NCBI GenBank assembly: GCA_965112735.1
Contig: OZ218963.1
Location: 1,798,001 to 1,862,000 of the forward strand
DNA from: Phaeosaccion multiseriatum
Lineage: Eukaryota; Protista; Ochrophyta, other classes
Length of the DNA stretch: 64,000 nt
Direction: 5' to 3'
Position numbers and translations under genes: made by a program. Below, piece by piece: positions 24,595-38,060 of the stretch (the stretch's first letter is position 1; every line of letters begins with the position of its first letter). The notes under the pieces were generated by a model. That model was not told where the DNA came from, did not search any database, and saw only the letters and a program-made list of their open reading frames with translations.

Positions 24595-26552
24595 ATGGCT
24601 TCTTTACGAGCGATGCAACTGCTCATGGCGGCACTGCTCGCTGTCTCCGCGCACGGCTTCATGGCGGGCTCTCCTCTCCGCACGCAGGTCTGCCTGTAGC
24701 AGGCCTTGTATATCCCATCCGATCCCCCACACAGACGTACATGACATGTTTCGTGGCACCCTCCTTCTTTCTCATCCTTCTCCTTCCTGTGGGGCTTGCA
24801 TTTGTTGTTCACGCCCTGCTCCTCTCGTTTTGTCTCGATCCAGGCAACTGCTGCGGCTAGTCGCGGGAGGAGTGATCGTGTGACTGGGCCCACGTCCGGG
24901 CATGCGGCAGGCCCGAGCCGTGTGGTGAGGCACATGGCCCTCCAAACAGAGGAGCAGAAGGCGGCAAAGGCTAAGAAGCTTGAGGCAAAGAAGAGGATGA
25001 AGGCCGCAGCGAAGGAAAAGAAGAAGAAGGCGCGAGAGGAACAGAGGGAATTGGCCCAGCAGAACATTGCCATACAAGAGAAGGAGATGGAAGAGAAGCG
25101 GGCAGCAGCAGGCTTGCCCCCAAGCAGTGGCGGCAGTAGCACTAGTAGTGGCGGGACAGCGGCCACCAGCGGTCCCATCAAGTTATATGTCAAGGTGCGC
25201 AGCGGGAGAGAGACGTGGTTATAACTTCATGACAAGACTTGGTTGCAACGAAGAGGGAGGGATACGCACGTCTATGCACGCGAGCCTCACGCCCTCCCCC
25301 CGCCCCACCCCCTTGCACTGTGTGTATACACTACCTCTCCCACAGGCGGGCGCCACTGGGAAGGCGCTGGGAGACTGTCCCTTTGCGCAGGCTGTGCAGA
25401 TGGCCCTCTACCACAAGGGTCTCAAATTCGATCTCATCCCCTGTGCGCCGGACGCGAAGCCGGACTGGCTAGTGGAGGAGTACGGAGGCTCCATGCCCGC
25501 AATGGTGCACGACGGAGAGTGCTACACGGAGAGGTGAGTGGTAAGCAAGAGGAGCGGGGCGTGCAACGCGGGGGAAGAGAGGAGGGCCAGGTTGACACGA
25601 TCACCCCTTCGCGGTATTGAGACAGACATAGAGAAAGAGGGGGAGAAGAAAGAGAGGTCCCTTATGGTACCATCCACTCCAACTCACCCATATGCCTCCA
25701 CACCCTGTGCTGTGCCTTGTCGTCCTGCTGTCCCTCTCAGCGCCGACATCGTTGAATACATTGATTACTTCTTCAAGGACGCACCCCTCGCCCCCGAAGG
25801 TACCGAGGACAGAATTGAGAAGGCAATGGAAGTGACACAGCCCTTCTTCGGAAAGCTCGCCAAGTGAGTCAGTCAGTCTGCTGCATGAGATAGTTGCCTC
25901 TGCCTCTTCTCCACTGCACTGTGGCAACCCCGTTGTGTGTGATGTGACAAGAGAGTCACACTCTCACTCACTCTTGACCCCCAACTTGTCCGACCCAACC
26001 CAACCCACTTTGTGGTGTGTCAATAGATGCATCAAGAACCTCGACGCTTCGACCGACAAGCCACTGGTGAGCGACGTCATGACGGAGCTGGAGAAGGTGG
26101 ACAAGTTCCTCAAGGAGGGGGAAGGTCCGTTTCTGTGCGGGGACAAGATCACCATGGCGGACTGCTTCTTCGCACCCAAGCTCTACCACGCCAAGGTGAG
26201 TGTGTCAGTTTGCAGTTTGCAGTTTAGGTGACCTTGAGTTTGAGTGATTGAAAAACGAAATGCCGACCTATCGGAGTGCCCTCCAAGAGCTTCCTACGTT
26301 TTCTCTCTCTCTTGCTCTTGCTCTTTCTCTCTCTCTCTCTCTCTCTCTCTTTGACTTTGCCCTTACCCTTGCCCTCGCCCTGCACAGACGACGCTTGCCC
26401 AGTTCAAGAACACGATCATTCCTCCCGACCTGGAGAAGCTGCAGGCCTACATGGACGCCATGTTCGTGACGGAGACATGGCAGAAGAGCTCCTACCCTCC
26501 CGACGTAGTGGTGTGGGGCTGGAACAACGCCCGCGGTACCCAGGCCAAGTAA
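24595..26552 (+). CDS. Plastid-targeted dehydroascorbate reductase (DHAR/CLIC-like GST), ~6 exons
   Basis: Exon 1 24595-24687 MASLRAMQLLMAALLAVSAHGF. LYVKAGATGKALGDCPFAQ, KPDWL..GGSMP, ESADIVEYID, GPFLCGDKITMADCFFAPKLYH, YPPDVVVWGW. Confidence 0.9.
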
Positions 26553-27149
26553 TGCGCCATCACAATCGGTCAGAAGATCTCTCACTCATGCTTGACTTGA
26601 TTAGAGCTCTCATGCCCTCCACTCATGCTTGACTAAACCGGACAGTCAATCGGGAAGACGCGGGCGGGGGGAGAGGAATAAGGCAGAGAGTTCTTCATCA
26701 AAGCTGATGAGCAGAGGCACATACCTCACCTGAACCGTGACTTTTGTTACTTTCTCCCAGGGGAAGTTCACTGTCCCGTGTGGTCTCACACGCCGTGTCG
26801 GGTGTTCTTCTCAATCAAATTACGCTCCCGCAACCCCTGCGGTGCATGCAAGCCAGCGGTCGACAATCACTACCATCCCAGCGAGGGTTGGTTGCTGATC
26901 TTTGTAGTGTTTGAATTAATTTAAATTAGAGACTAAGAGACCACAGAGAGAAGCGCCCCATCAAGAAGAGCCCGACTCGTGCTGTATGTGCTTTTTGCAG
27001 TACTTGAACATCAGCGGGTGCAACTCAATATATATATAGCACCTTCCCGCTCTCCACTGTTTATGTTTACAATACTCTGTTTGAATAGCAGTGCTTTCCC
27101 CAAAGTACGGCAGCTCATCTATCCCAATACATGTGTTGTGCTCATACTC

Positions 27150-30100
27150 TCAGGTAGGTGGTGTCGGCTTGACCCCATGGCTGCCCCGAACACGGGGCGG
27201 AGTAGGAGGGGGAGGAGGAAGGGATGGCAGTGGAACGCCGGACCTCACATCACCCGAAGAAGATGTGGGGTGACGGGGCGTAGGCCGACCACACCCTCGA
27301 AAATCCGCGTTGCCCTTGCTGAAATCGGAACCGGACCGGGACGCCGACCCGGACCCCGATACGGATCCCGATCCCGAGCGCGTAGGGAAAGGCGAGAGGG
27401 ATAGAGCCTCCCTTGGCGGCAGAGGGGGTGCCACTCCTTCTGCTGGCCAGAGCTTGTTGCTGCTGCTCGCTCCTCCTCCTCTCCCCTCCCGTTGTCGTCG
27501 CTGCTGCCCCCCTCCACCACGCGCAGGGGAGCCTCGTCGGGGCTCCTTCTCCTTCTCTTCCTTCTCGCCCTCTTCCCCTTCCTCTTTTCCGCCGCCTTCC
27601 GAGCCGGAGGCTGACCTCAGCGCCTTTTGGGCCCAAGCCAGCTGCTCTCGAAGCTTTACAACCTCCGTCTCCAGCTGAAGGGCCCGTGGATCTCCTCCTC
27701 CTCCGTTAGTCCCCTTTCTTTCTTCCCTTCCTTGGCGCTCCGCGTCTTTCCTCTCGCCCTCGTTCGCATCACCATCGTTGGCACCCCCTCCCTCCACCTG
27801 CTCTTCCTCGTCTTCTTCGTCAAGATCCATGTTTAGCTCGTGCGGCATCGCTGTCGCATCCATTCCTTCCTCGTCTTCCTCCTCCTCCTCCTCCTCCTCC
27901 TCCTCCTCCTCCTCCTCGTCTCCTTCCAGCAACTCCTCCTCTGCCTGCACCTTCTCCTTCTCCATCCTCTGCTTGACTGCCCTCTCCAACAGCTTGCTTC
28001 GCACCAAGGCACGTAATCGCATCATCACCGACACCACAATGCCCCCCACCTCCGCACCCCGGATAGCCTTGGCTAGGCCTCGGAGCCAGGGCACGGCCGT
28101 CAACAGACAGATGGCCACAAAGTGGATCCCCGAGGGGTCGCGTGGGTCCTCATGGACCTCGATGAGTTGTTTGATGGCAGTCAGCACCCATTTGTCCAGG
28201 AAATCGCCACCAAACACCTGCCAATTCACCCGCGCACGACGAGAGTGAGGAAGTGGGAGGGGAGGGGAGGGGCTTAGACGAAGTGGACTCCCCTGCAACT
28301 AGTTGACTGAAGCTGCCATCTAGCACACGAAGATGCACACATACTAAGTACGGAAGTAGATAAGAGACGTTAGAAGGGAAACGAAAGAAGTTTTTGAAAG
28401 GGAAATGAACGAATGCTTATGCACGGACTGACGCACAACGCCATTGCACAAACAACACAGGAAAACACAACCACAACAGACCCCTTTCAAAACCGCACAG
28501 GAACACAGCCATACAACAGCCATACAACACACCTTGAGCAGAGTGAGGTACATCTGCGCCTTGTGCTCCTCATGTGCCTGCGTCAAGTGATGCACAAACA
28601 CGGGCAAGTGCGGCGCGCGCTCCTTCATCGTGGGGAACTGCCCACTGTACCACGCTACAACCGCCAAGTGCAGGCGGCGCCGCTGTTTGAAGGGCGTGGA
28701 GGAGTAGACTTGGTCGAGGAAGAGGATGTCGTGCGCAGCGCTCAACGTCTTCTCGTCCGCGGACAGGGACACAAAGCCCAGCGCGCTCAGGTGCTGCAGA
28801 CAAGCGAGGAGAGCCTCTCCGCTGCCCACCACCTCGCTTCCTGCTGCCGCTCCTCCTCCTCCTCCTCCTCCTCCTCCTGCTCCTCCTCCTGGTGCTGCTG
28901 CTACTGTTGCCTTTCCTCCTGTTGCTGCACCCAGGCGAGCGCTGCTGCCGCGACGATATCGCCTCTTGAGGATGTCAAGCACCGGAGAAAAGCTGCACAT
29001 TCATTCACACATGATGGACCGGAGAAGGGAGAGGAGGAGTTGAGTGAATGAGTACTTGTTTGTCCCTCTTCGTGCGTGTACCCCCATCCTGCTCGCATAG
29101 CTTTTGCTCCGTGGACACAACACAGCGACATCACTCCGAAACCTTACCTGGCATCATGGTACTGGGGCTCCATTGCGGGGGTTGACGACGAGGGGGCCAC
29201 AACCACTGCCCCGGTGTCCTCCTGCTGTAGGTGGTGGTGGTGGTGGTGGTGGCGGTGGTGGTTGTTGTTGTTTGCCTTACTCACACTCTTGCGCATACTT
29301 GCCACCATCATCTTCCAGTACTCTGCATACGGGCCACTGGATAGTATATCCCTGTGGAGCGTCGATTGTGTGGGAGAGAGATGGATGAAAAGGTTGGATA
29401 CGGTTAGAGAGAGAGCTTCAAGACGGGCAGAGCTCTGAGAAAAGAAACCCAGCAGCCCTAGGCACGCACTCAGACACTTGAGAAGCTGCCCTCGGGTCTT
29501 TCTCACCGAAGTAAGGCCACTTGTACCGTGCCCCCTACGACTGCCACGGCCCTCATAATGTAGCGCAGGGGAGGAGCGAGCCCGCTGAGCCTCCGCGCCA
29601 ATTGCCTGGCCACATGCAAGGGTATCCAGCTGGCGGCCTTGAGCAGGTGTCTGAACTCCGTGTTGCCCAGATAAAAGGTACCTTCCCACTCATAGCCCAT
29701 TTCCGAGTCTGGGCTGACGAGGTGGAACGCAATCTCGCGCACGTATTCCACCTGTCCCCCCGTGCGAAGCCACAGAAGGTTCTCCAACACTTCCTCTACG
29801 TAACGGCTTTGGAGCATGGTGGGTAGCAGACGCCGAAATGCACGTCGGGAGAGCGTCTCTCCCCTCCGTGCACTCAACAGATCCTTGATGGTCTCGTCTT
29901 CCTCCTCCACTTGCCCACTGCCCACCGACAGGAGTAGCGAATCGTCGTCTGGCGTCAAGTACAGGTTGCTGTCTCCCCGAGTTAGCAAGGATGGCTTACT
30001 GGCCTCTACACCCCCTTCTTCGATGGTCGCAAAATGCACAGATTCTCCACCACCTGTCGCGGAGGAACCACTTCCCGACCCTTCGAGAGGAAAGTCTACC

Positions 30101-33100
30101 TGTGGTGATCCCCCCCTCCATCCTCGGCCATAGGCCGCAGCACTGAGACCAGGGGCGAAGATCTGCAGGGAGGAAACAGAGTGGGGGGGGGGGGCAGCAC
30201 ATCACGCATTTGATTGAGAGGACTCAAGGAAAAAGCGTGCATCTTACCGTCACGGGGCGCTCCTTGCCCTTGACAAGGATGTCCTCAAACGCTCGGAAGA
30301 CGAGGCTCTTACTCATCGTGCAGTCTTCTCTCGTGGCCAGATCTAGCAGCACAGCCTCGCTGTACACCGGGGTAAAGCCACCACCCACGACTCTGACGCC
30401 TGGCGAGACAGCAGCAGCAGCAGGCATTGCCCTGCCACCGTAGGTATGACTGCCTCTGCGAAAGCTGCTGCTGCGCGTCTTGGCAAATAAGCCCCGAGGA
30501 GGAGGAGGAGGAGGGGGGGGGGACGCACTACCTTCTCCACAGCCCTGTGATTTTTGCTCTTGCACTCGCTTCTCTTCCTGCCGACTGCTGTCTCTTCCAC
30601 TTTCTCCAAGCCCCTCTGCTCCGCTCCTTGCCCGTCCTATTTCCTCGCCTCCTTCTTCCCCGTCGACTCTCCCCCCCTTCCCCGCGTCTGCACCTGTGTC
30701 TATGTCTTCTTCTTCTCCAATGGCCGAGGGAGGCAGCACCTCCCGAGACAGGGGAGAGAACAAACGCTCCACCGCAGTTCCAGTGGAAATGGCACCGCCG
30801 TGGGCAAGACTGCTCCCCGTTGTTGCCGGCTGTTGCTGGTCGCCCCAACGCCTCGAAAGAGATGCGTGTGTGGGGGATGAGGCCACAAAGAGGTCCGAAT
30901 TGCCGGCAAGGGGTGGCACTGCCCCACCAACACCCCTTCCGCTCCCCTCTGCAGCTGCTGTTGGCGACGCTGCGCCTGCCATTGTATTCGAGCTTCTCCT
31001 CAGCATGTGCTGGGAGGCGACCACGTGTGACATACTGCCTCTCCGGAGACCCCCCCCTCCTCCTCTTGCTGCTGCTGCTGCTCCTGCTGCTGCTGCTGCT
31101 GCTGCTGTTGCTCCTCCTTCCCCGCCGCCCTCCCCCCAAGCCTCATTCGCTGTCGTGGCTTTGACCTTGAGTTCCGAGTCAGCTTTCGACCGGACCCCCA
31201 TCAGCCGGGCACTGGAGCGTTGGGTATACGAAACGAACCGAAAGTGTTAGTGCGGTGGCGGTGAAGAAGAGAGTCAGGAATTGGGCGAAGCGGCAGAGGG
31301 GATTGAGAGTGGAAGCATGTGCGTGTGGGTATCGATAAGTCTTGCAAGAGATAAAGATGGGGAAAAAGGGGGAGGGGGTGAGAAACTCGCAGAGACAGCA
31401 CACTCTTGAAGACGCACAAGGAGCAGGCAAGGCGGCGTGACTGTTCCAGAGAACGTTCAAGAGAGCTGCTCCTCTTCACCTGAGGTTGACGGTATCCGCA
31501 ACCATTGCGTACTCTCGGCGAGACTGCGATCCCAGTGAGGCACAGAACACAGGCCCAGTGGAGATGCCCATACCTGGGAGGAGAAGAGGCAAACGCGTGG
31601 AGCGGAGCAAGGTGGGAACATAGGAACCATGTGCGACGATGGGTGGTGAGTGAGTGAGTGAGTGAGTGAGTCAGATGTGCAGCATGGGCAGCCGTGGATT
31701 GAGGTGCAGTGTAGAGTGAGTGGGCCTGAGCTGACCCCAACGTCGGAGTTAAGCGATCTTCCGGACTCAGGAGCGGGCACACAAAACGGCAAGCAAGTCG
31801 GCTGCGTGATGAGCTATTCTTCGTACAGCCAATGATCACACACACCGAAGCAAAAAGGTGCAAACCACGGTTACGACTGGGCACTTACTGCATTGGGCCT
31901 GTCCGGTGTTGTGGAGCTCCTGCTCTATGTCCAAGGCGCAGTGGCAGGCCCGAGCCGCCGGCATGTGGCCCATGGAGCTCCCCAGCCCGAAGCCAGCCAC
32001 GAGTACCATACCCTGAGGGCGAGACCACCGACCACCAGTGTGGGGCAGCAAGACGCACCAACAGCAGGAAGAGAAGGCCAAGTGGGACAGCAAGCATGTG
32101 TGCAGGTGTGAGAAAATCATCGCGAATAGAGCTTTCTCCTCCTCCTCTCTCATCCTCCTCTTTCCTCCTCCTCCCCCTCCTCCTCCTCCTCCTCCTCCTC
32201 CTCCTCCTCACCTTGTCGTCCACAGACAGCTCCTTAATGACTCCCTGGTGCCTCCTGAGCAGGAGCTGAAGGATGTTAAAGCTTCCCTGCATGAGCTCCA
32301 GCGCCTTGCCATAGTCCACTGCACTCGACCCTAGGCCCAGGTCCATCGTCAGCTTGACAAACAGCACCGACACTCGCTGTATCTCCGCCAGCAGCCCCAC
32401 TTTCTCCAAACCCACACCCGCACAGACGGGCGCCGGAGCATATCCCCGCAGCGCGCTCGCCACAGCCTGCATCCTTGTAATGGTCCCTCCCTCCAACGCC
32501 TCCATGAGCTTCGACCTCTCAGTGTTGATCATGTCGGCCTGCTGCTGCTGCAGGTGCATCTGCTTCTCAATCCACATCCTCCGCTCGATGGCCATAGAGC
32601 TCCCGTTGGTATTGTAACTCATATTCAGAGCCAACTCACGAATGGAACCCGCCGGCCGCAGCATTAGGTTGGACGGTAGCGGAGGCGAAGACACTCTCCT
32701 CTCTCGGCTCTTCTTTCGCTCCAGCATGAGAGGGGAAGGCGAGCTCAGTCCCTCATCACCGACTCCTCTACTCCCCGTTGCCGCTGCCACCACAGAGAAG
32801 AACGACGCAGCCTCGGGCGGCAACGGAGCAGCCGTTAGCTTCATGAATGGCATTGCTTCGCCGTCGATCTTGACGGTGGTAGCTTGTGCCCCCAGATCAC
32901 CCGTCTCGATTTCATCCGCGAGCCAGCCTGTCCCCTCGAGAACCGCCCAAACCTCCGGAGAGACGACAACTTCGCTGGCGCTCGCGGAGTCGAGAGCCAC
33001 AGAGACCTTTCGGGGACGGACGAGAGGGCGTTTGGGGAACAAGGGAATGAGCAGAAGAGGGGAGGGGGGGGGGGGGGAGCAGCGGCTACGGCGACAAGAA

Positions 33101-33974
33101 TGAGACAACAACAGAAACCCTCCATAAAACGACGGAGGAATACCGTGTCGCTTCATCCCTTCTTTCGTTTTCTCCTCCCCTCCCCTGCTGGACCCACAGG
33201 TCCAACGCGCGGCTGGGATTGACTGAAGGCAAGACATAATACAAACCTGCTCGAATGGCTGGCCCGTGACCACGAGCTGCATGCCCAGCTCGGCTGTGCC
33301 CACGTGGAAGCACACGAGCTTGCCCGCACCAATGCCCACATGCACTGACATGCCCAGGCTCCGGGGGTCTTCCCTGAGTTCCCGCGCGCACTCCCAGCCC
33401 GCCTGTGCACACCGCTGGAAGAGCGGCGTCACAACATCCCCGTCAGTGCCGCTACTGACGATGCGGACGTTGTCTCCTCCAATGCTCCGACCGGCAGAAG
33501 CGGTGCCGCCCTTACAGAACGCCTCCCTCGGACCTGAGAAGGACACCCTTTCCGAAAAATAGGGAGGACGCCGTCCTCCTCCTCCTGCTGCTCCTGTTGC
33601 TGCTATCTCTTGCGCCTTCCTCTTGTCATTCATCGCCCAAATGAGGTCCGCCCCTGGAGCTGTAGCACCGGGCCCGATGGAGCCTGCGACCCTCCTTCCT
33701 GGTGTTCTCCTCTCCGCGGACGCAAACACACTTAGTCCCCTCTGCTTGCGAGGTCGATGAGCTGCCTCCGACATTTGTGAAAGACGCCCCATATTGCCAT
33801 CTCTCTTCCTGCCGTGACTCGTATCAGCCAGCGGGCCACTTCGTGACGCAGCGGCAAACTTCTTGTCGTACATCCTCCTCTCCGGTGGCGGAGAGAGGGA
33901 CGAACGTGTAATCGATGCTCTGGAGGAAGCAGGAGGGCAGGGTCTCCCGGACTTGCTTCCCACCTTCCTCTTCC

Positions 33975-34008
<34 letters not shown>

Positions 34009-35607
34009 GTCCTTTGGAGAGACGGATGCACTCCTGCCCCCCTGTGTATCGCCGTCGCCCTCATCATCATGAGGAGAGGTGTTGTGGAAGATGACTATGA
34101 TGGCATCCCCCGCGATACGTAGCACATCCCCACCATGCCTCTCAACGCAGGTGATGAGCTGACCAAAGTAGTGATTGAGCGTCTCTCGGACGCCTTCTGC
34201 TCCCATCCCTGCCTCCTCTGCTTCATTGCATTGACGATACAGCAGAGTGCCCATCGCAGCCGCATTTCTCGCGGCTTTTCTCATCTGCAGAGGTGAACAA
34301 ATTGGACGGATTAGCATCAGAAAAGTGACAGGAAAGGAAGGTGAGATGAGAACCTTGTGAAGGGAGCAGCTACGCCAGAGGAACACGCTCCACCCCAGCA
34401 AAAAGTGGCAAAAGAGGCCGAGAGACAAAGGGAGGGCGAAAGAAAGAGCCGTTTTGGAGACATGCTGCAAGCATCCTCCCCGGTGTACCTGCGGCGGGAT
34501 CATTCCCGTGCCAAAGGCCTCGCACAACTTGGTGAAGCCCGTGAGGTCCGCCATCATCAATACGCCGTCCACTTGCTCGACGGAGCTCGCCATCTCCATC
34601 CTGTCCTTGCTGCCCTTTGGGGCCTCGGAGAGAGCGGCAATTTTGCGCAGGGCAAGGGTTGGGAGGAAGCGAGCCATTGTCGCGTAGTCGTCGTCGTCGA
34701 AGTCGTCGTTTCCCTCGTTGTGCTGCTCAGAGCACACGTTCGGGAGGAGGAGGAGAGAGAGGGGGGGGGAAAGACGGGGACACGTTTCGTCAATGTCAAT
34801 CCTCTACAAGCCGCGCACAAACGAGGGAGGGGGGGCCTCGGGGACTAACGAAGCAAGCACTGCATCGAAAACAACTTTGCAGGCAGCAAGCGTATGACCC
34901 CACCTCTGCAATGAGGTCGGGATCGGCAACGGCCGCCGCCGTGGACTTCCCTCCCAGAAAGTTTCTCCTGAGTGTGGCCACATCAGCCAGCTTGGCACCC
35001 ATCACCTCCTTGCGGTGGGAAGGAGGCGACTCCGGCCGCCGGGGATCCGCGCCAGCTCCCCCGCCTCCTCCCCCTCCCCCTCCTCCTCCTCCTCCTCCTT
35101 CTAGAGCTTGGTCATGACCATCGCAGTCTCCCTCGGGGCCCATATATAATTCATGGGCCTTGCCCTCTTCCAGGCTCCTCACACGACTCTGCACAGACCA
35201 ACTGGTCCATGAAGAGTTCCCTCGAGGCGAGGTTGCTGAGGACCGAGTCGGGGAGTACGACAATGATGTTGGGATGATGGGAGCGCGCTTCCTCTGCTTC
35301 ATGGTCAGCGGTGTGGTTGGCGTGGGATGCACCCTCGAATACTTCCCCTCTTCCTCCACTACTGGTTTCAAAGGGAAATCCTTCTTTCGTTGCCTGTCCA
35401 GCTGTAGCGTCGGTGGGGCCATACCTGCTGGCATCCCGCAGAGAGGACGGTTCTGCTCTCTTTCCACCTTTCCACCACTGCTGCTGCAGCTGCTACCGCC
35501 GCCGCTGCCGCCTTTAATGCCTCCATTAGGGGCCGACACGGCAAATAGCACCCCGCCGCTCCTGTTACTGCTGCTGCTGCTGCTGCCGCTGTTGTTGACC
35601 CCCCCCC

Positions 35608-35645
<38 letters not shown>

Positions 35646-35722
35646 GTTTGATCACTGTTCTCATCTTGGTAGATTTGGGCGCGCAAGTCACTCCTGTCTT
35701 CTTCTCCTGGCACCCCCTCCAT
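27150..35722 (-). CDS. Soluble adenylyl cyclase (ADCY10/sAC)-like tandem class III nucleotide cyclase; 5' end uncertain
   Basis: C1: GVLMMADLTGFTKL, GGDVLRIAGDAII, VHVGIGAG. C2: LAEIQRVSVLFV, VIKELSVDDK, GISTGPVFC..RREYAMVADTVNLSARLM, ILVKGK. Followed by STAND-like helical motifs (LWLRTGGQVEYVREI, RRRLHLAV). Confidence 0.85.
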
Positions 35723-36004
35723 CTTGTTCAACTGCTGCTTTCCCCTTCTCCTTTCCCAACGGGATTCTTGTGGAGTTCCCCAGCATCCTCCGCATTTACG
35801 ACACAACCGCCCCCATCCTACTTACTCAGCCTTCGGCTTTGCCCCGAGACAACTTGTGATTGGGGTTGCTTCTTCTCGTTTAAGGTGGGAGGGCTGGGAG
35901 GGTACTATTTGAATAGAAGGTCGATCCTGAGTTTGTCGTCCACTGCCATCTGTCCGATCTGGCTGCTGTGTCGCGTCGAGTCATAGGAAACAATAAAAAA
36001 GGGA

Positions 36005-38060
36005 ATGAATAGCCTGGTCTTCTTTGTGCTGTGTTGCTTCTTCTACTTCTGCTGCTCTTACTGCAGTGGTCAGTCATGGAGCAGCTTTGCCTTCGTGCCG
36101 AGCTGTGCGACCAACTCACACCACCACGCACCTTACAGCACTTCGCGCCTCCACAGGGGTCACCAGCAGACAAACCCTTTCTCTTTCTCTTCCACTAAGC
36201 TCCATTACAGTTCAAAAGAGGAGCTAGATGATGCGCTGGATGAGATCGACGACTTCTTTATGGATCGGCCTGAAAACAAGCGTGACCAGGTAACCATCCC
36301 CCCTCCCTCCTCCTTTATCTCCTCCTTCCTTCTTACTGCTGCAATGATCGCCTGTATTTCCTTCATTTTTGAACAGGTTAAGGTGTACGGAGTATGGCTA
36401 GACCAGGATGTTGCGGTGAGTGAGTGAACGAGTGAGGGAGGGACGCCGAGAGCCCATTGGGACGCCGTGAAGAGCTCGGACCTATTTTATACTTTCTCGA
36501 CCTCTTCTGACTCTTGGCCCAACTCTTGACTTGCAGGGCAGGAAAGCTGGACAGGCCAACAGATCTGTCTATCTTAAGAAGAGAGCCGCAAAGGGAGTCG
36601 CGTTAAGCGATCGTGAGAAGGCTGAGGTACGAAGTTGGAGCAGCTTGTGATAACGTCCTCTGCTTCGAAGCCTCTTCACCTCCCCCACCTCCTCTCCCTA
36701 CTTGCTACTCCTATCCCAGGTGTTCTACGAGGATGCTATTTCGTACATGAGCAAGTAGGTCGATGAACGTACTGCAGCCTATGTTTCGCTGCACGTCCGG
36801 CGCTTGTGGCTGGCCTCTTATCAAATCACTTGTCCCGGCATTCTTGGAGACGCTGGCCCTCACTACGCCTCGATAGCGTCCGACGTTGTTTTACGTACGC
36901 GAGCAACCGCCACGATCCTATGACACCATTCATGCATCCTGCCTTGCGTTGACGTGACCCCTGCCACGTCCCTCTGCTGTTGTGATCACGGGCATTGGGC
37001 AAACAGGGGCATGTACTCGGAATCGAAGCAATATTTGGCGAGGGCTGTTCAGTACGCCGGGCCTGAAACCCGCCGGGGGGGCGAATTTCAGCTGTGGCAA
37101 TCGCAGGTGCGAGAGAAACAGGACAGGGAGCTGTGTTGAACGCCGTTGCCATCACCTGTCTTGCCTTGTTAGCTCATCAGACGGCACCTCTGCCCCCCCC
37201 CCCCCCGTGCAAAAACTACAACAACAAAAACAACAACGACAACAACAACAACAGGCTTTGCAAGCAGCAGGACAGGTGGAAGACGCCCTTGAAGTCCTCA
37301 AGGGTATGAAGCACCACCGAGACCGTGCTGTTAGAAAGGTGGCCAATGAGCTCCGCATTGTAATGGAGGTAAGTCAGTCCCGTTGCTGATGGAGCATGTC
37401 TATTCTTCAAATGGTGATGGAGCATGTCCATTCTTCAAATGGGGCCGGACCACGCCACCACGTCTGTTTAAAAGTCATCTTTGCTTTCCTGTCGCGTTGT
37501 GCTGCTTTCTATCCTCGGCCAGGCACCCGAGACGGAACTTATTGCGGGGGTTGACTACATAGATTTCGGCCCCATGGAGACGGATTGGGACGACTACTCC
37601 AGGAAAAGAAGGTCTCGAAGTGTGAGTACGTACTTGCACTTCTCCTTACTCGGCACCCTCACAAGTGCCAGGGTACCAGTGGCTGACTGGCCGCATGGCA
37701 TGACTGGTGGCCGCTTGGGGCGTTCGTCATACGAGGGGAAAGTTTCTGGCGGCTGCCTGCCTCTCAGACTGCTTGCCTCGCGCAGCAACTCAAATCTCGG
37801 CCTCCTTGCCTGACTGACTGACTGACGCTCGTGCATGTGGTCTTGCTCTTTGTTTTTGTCCACCTCAGGGCCGGGTCAAGAGCAAGGTGGAGTTTCAGTA
37901 CATACCCACTTCCGCCACACCTGAGATCATTGCCCCTCTTGTTGTCCGACCCGAGGAGAAGGATCAAGACCTGACCCTCACATATGCCGCGGTGTTCGCT
38001 ATCGTGTTTGGGCCCATCTTCTTGGGTATCTGGCTGGTACTGAGCCCCAATCTGGCTTAG
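36005..38060 (+). CDS. Plastid-targeted TPR-like protein with C-terminal TM helix (cyanobacterial/plant-type), 8 exons
   Basis: Exons 36005-36289, 36377-36415, 36537-36626, 36720-36754, 37007-37106, 37255-37368, 37523-37621, 37869-38060 give YEDAISYMSKGMYSESKQYL..GGEFQLWQSQALQAAGQVEDALEVLKGMKHHRDRAVRKVANELRIVMEAP and the TM segment YAAVFAIVFGPIFLGIWLVL. Confidence 0.75.

Noticed and set aside
36005-36758. Stand-alone ~150-aa protein ending YMSK*
   Set aside because: gtaggt is better read as a splice donor that continues into the TPR-like exons.
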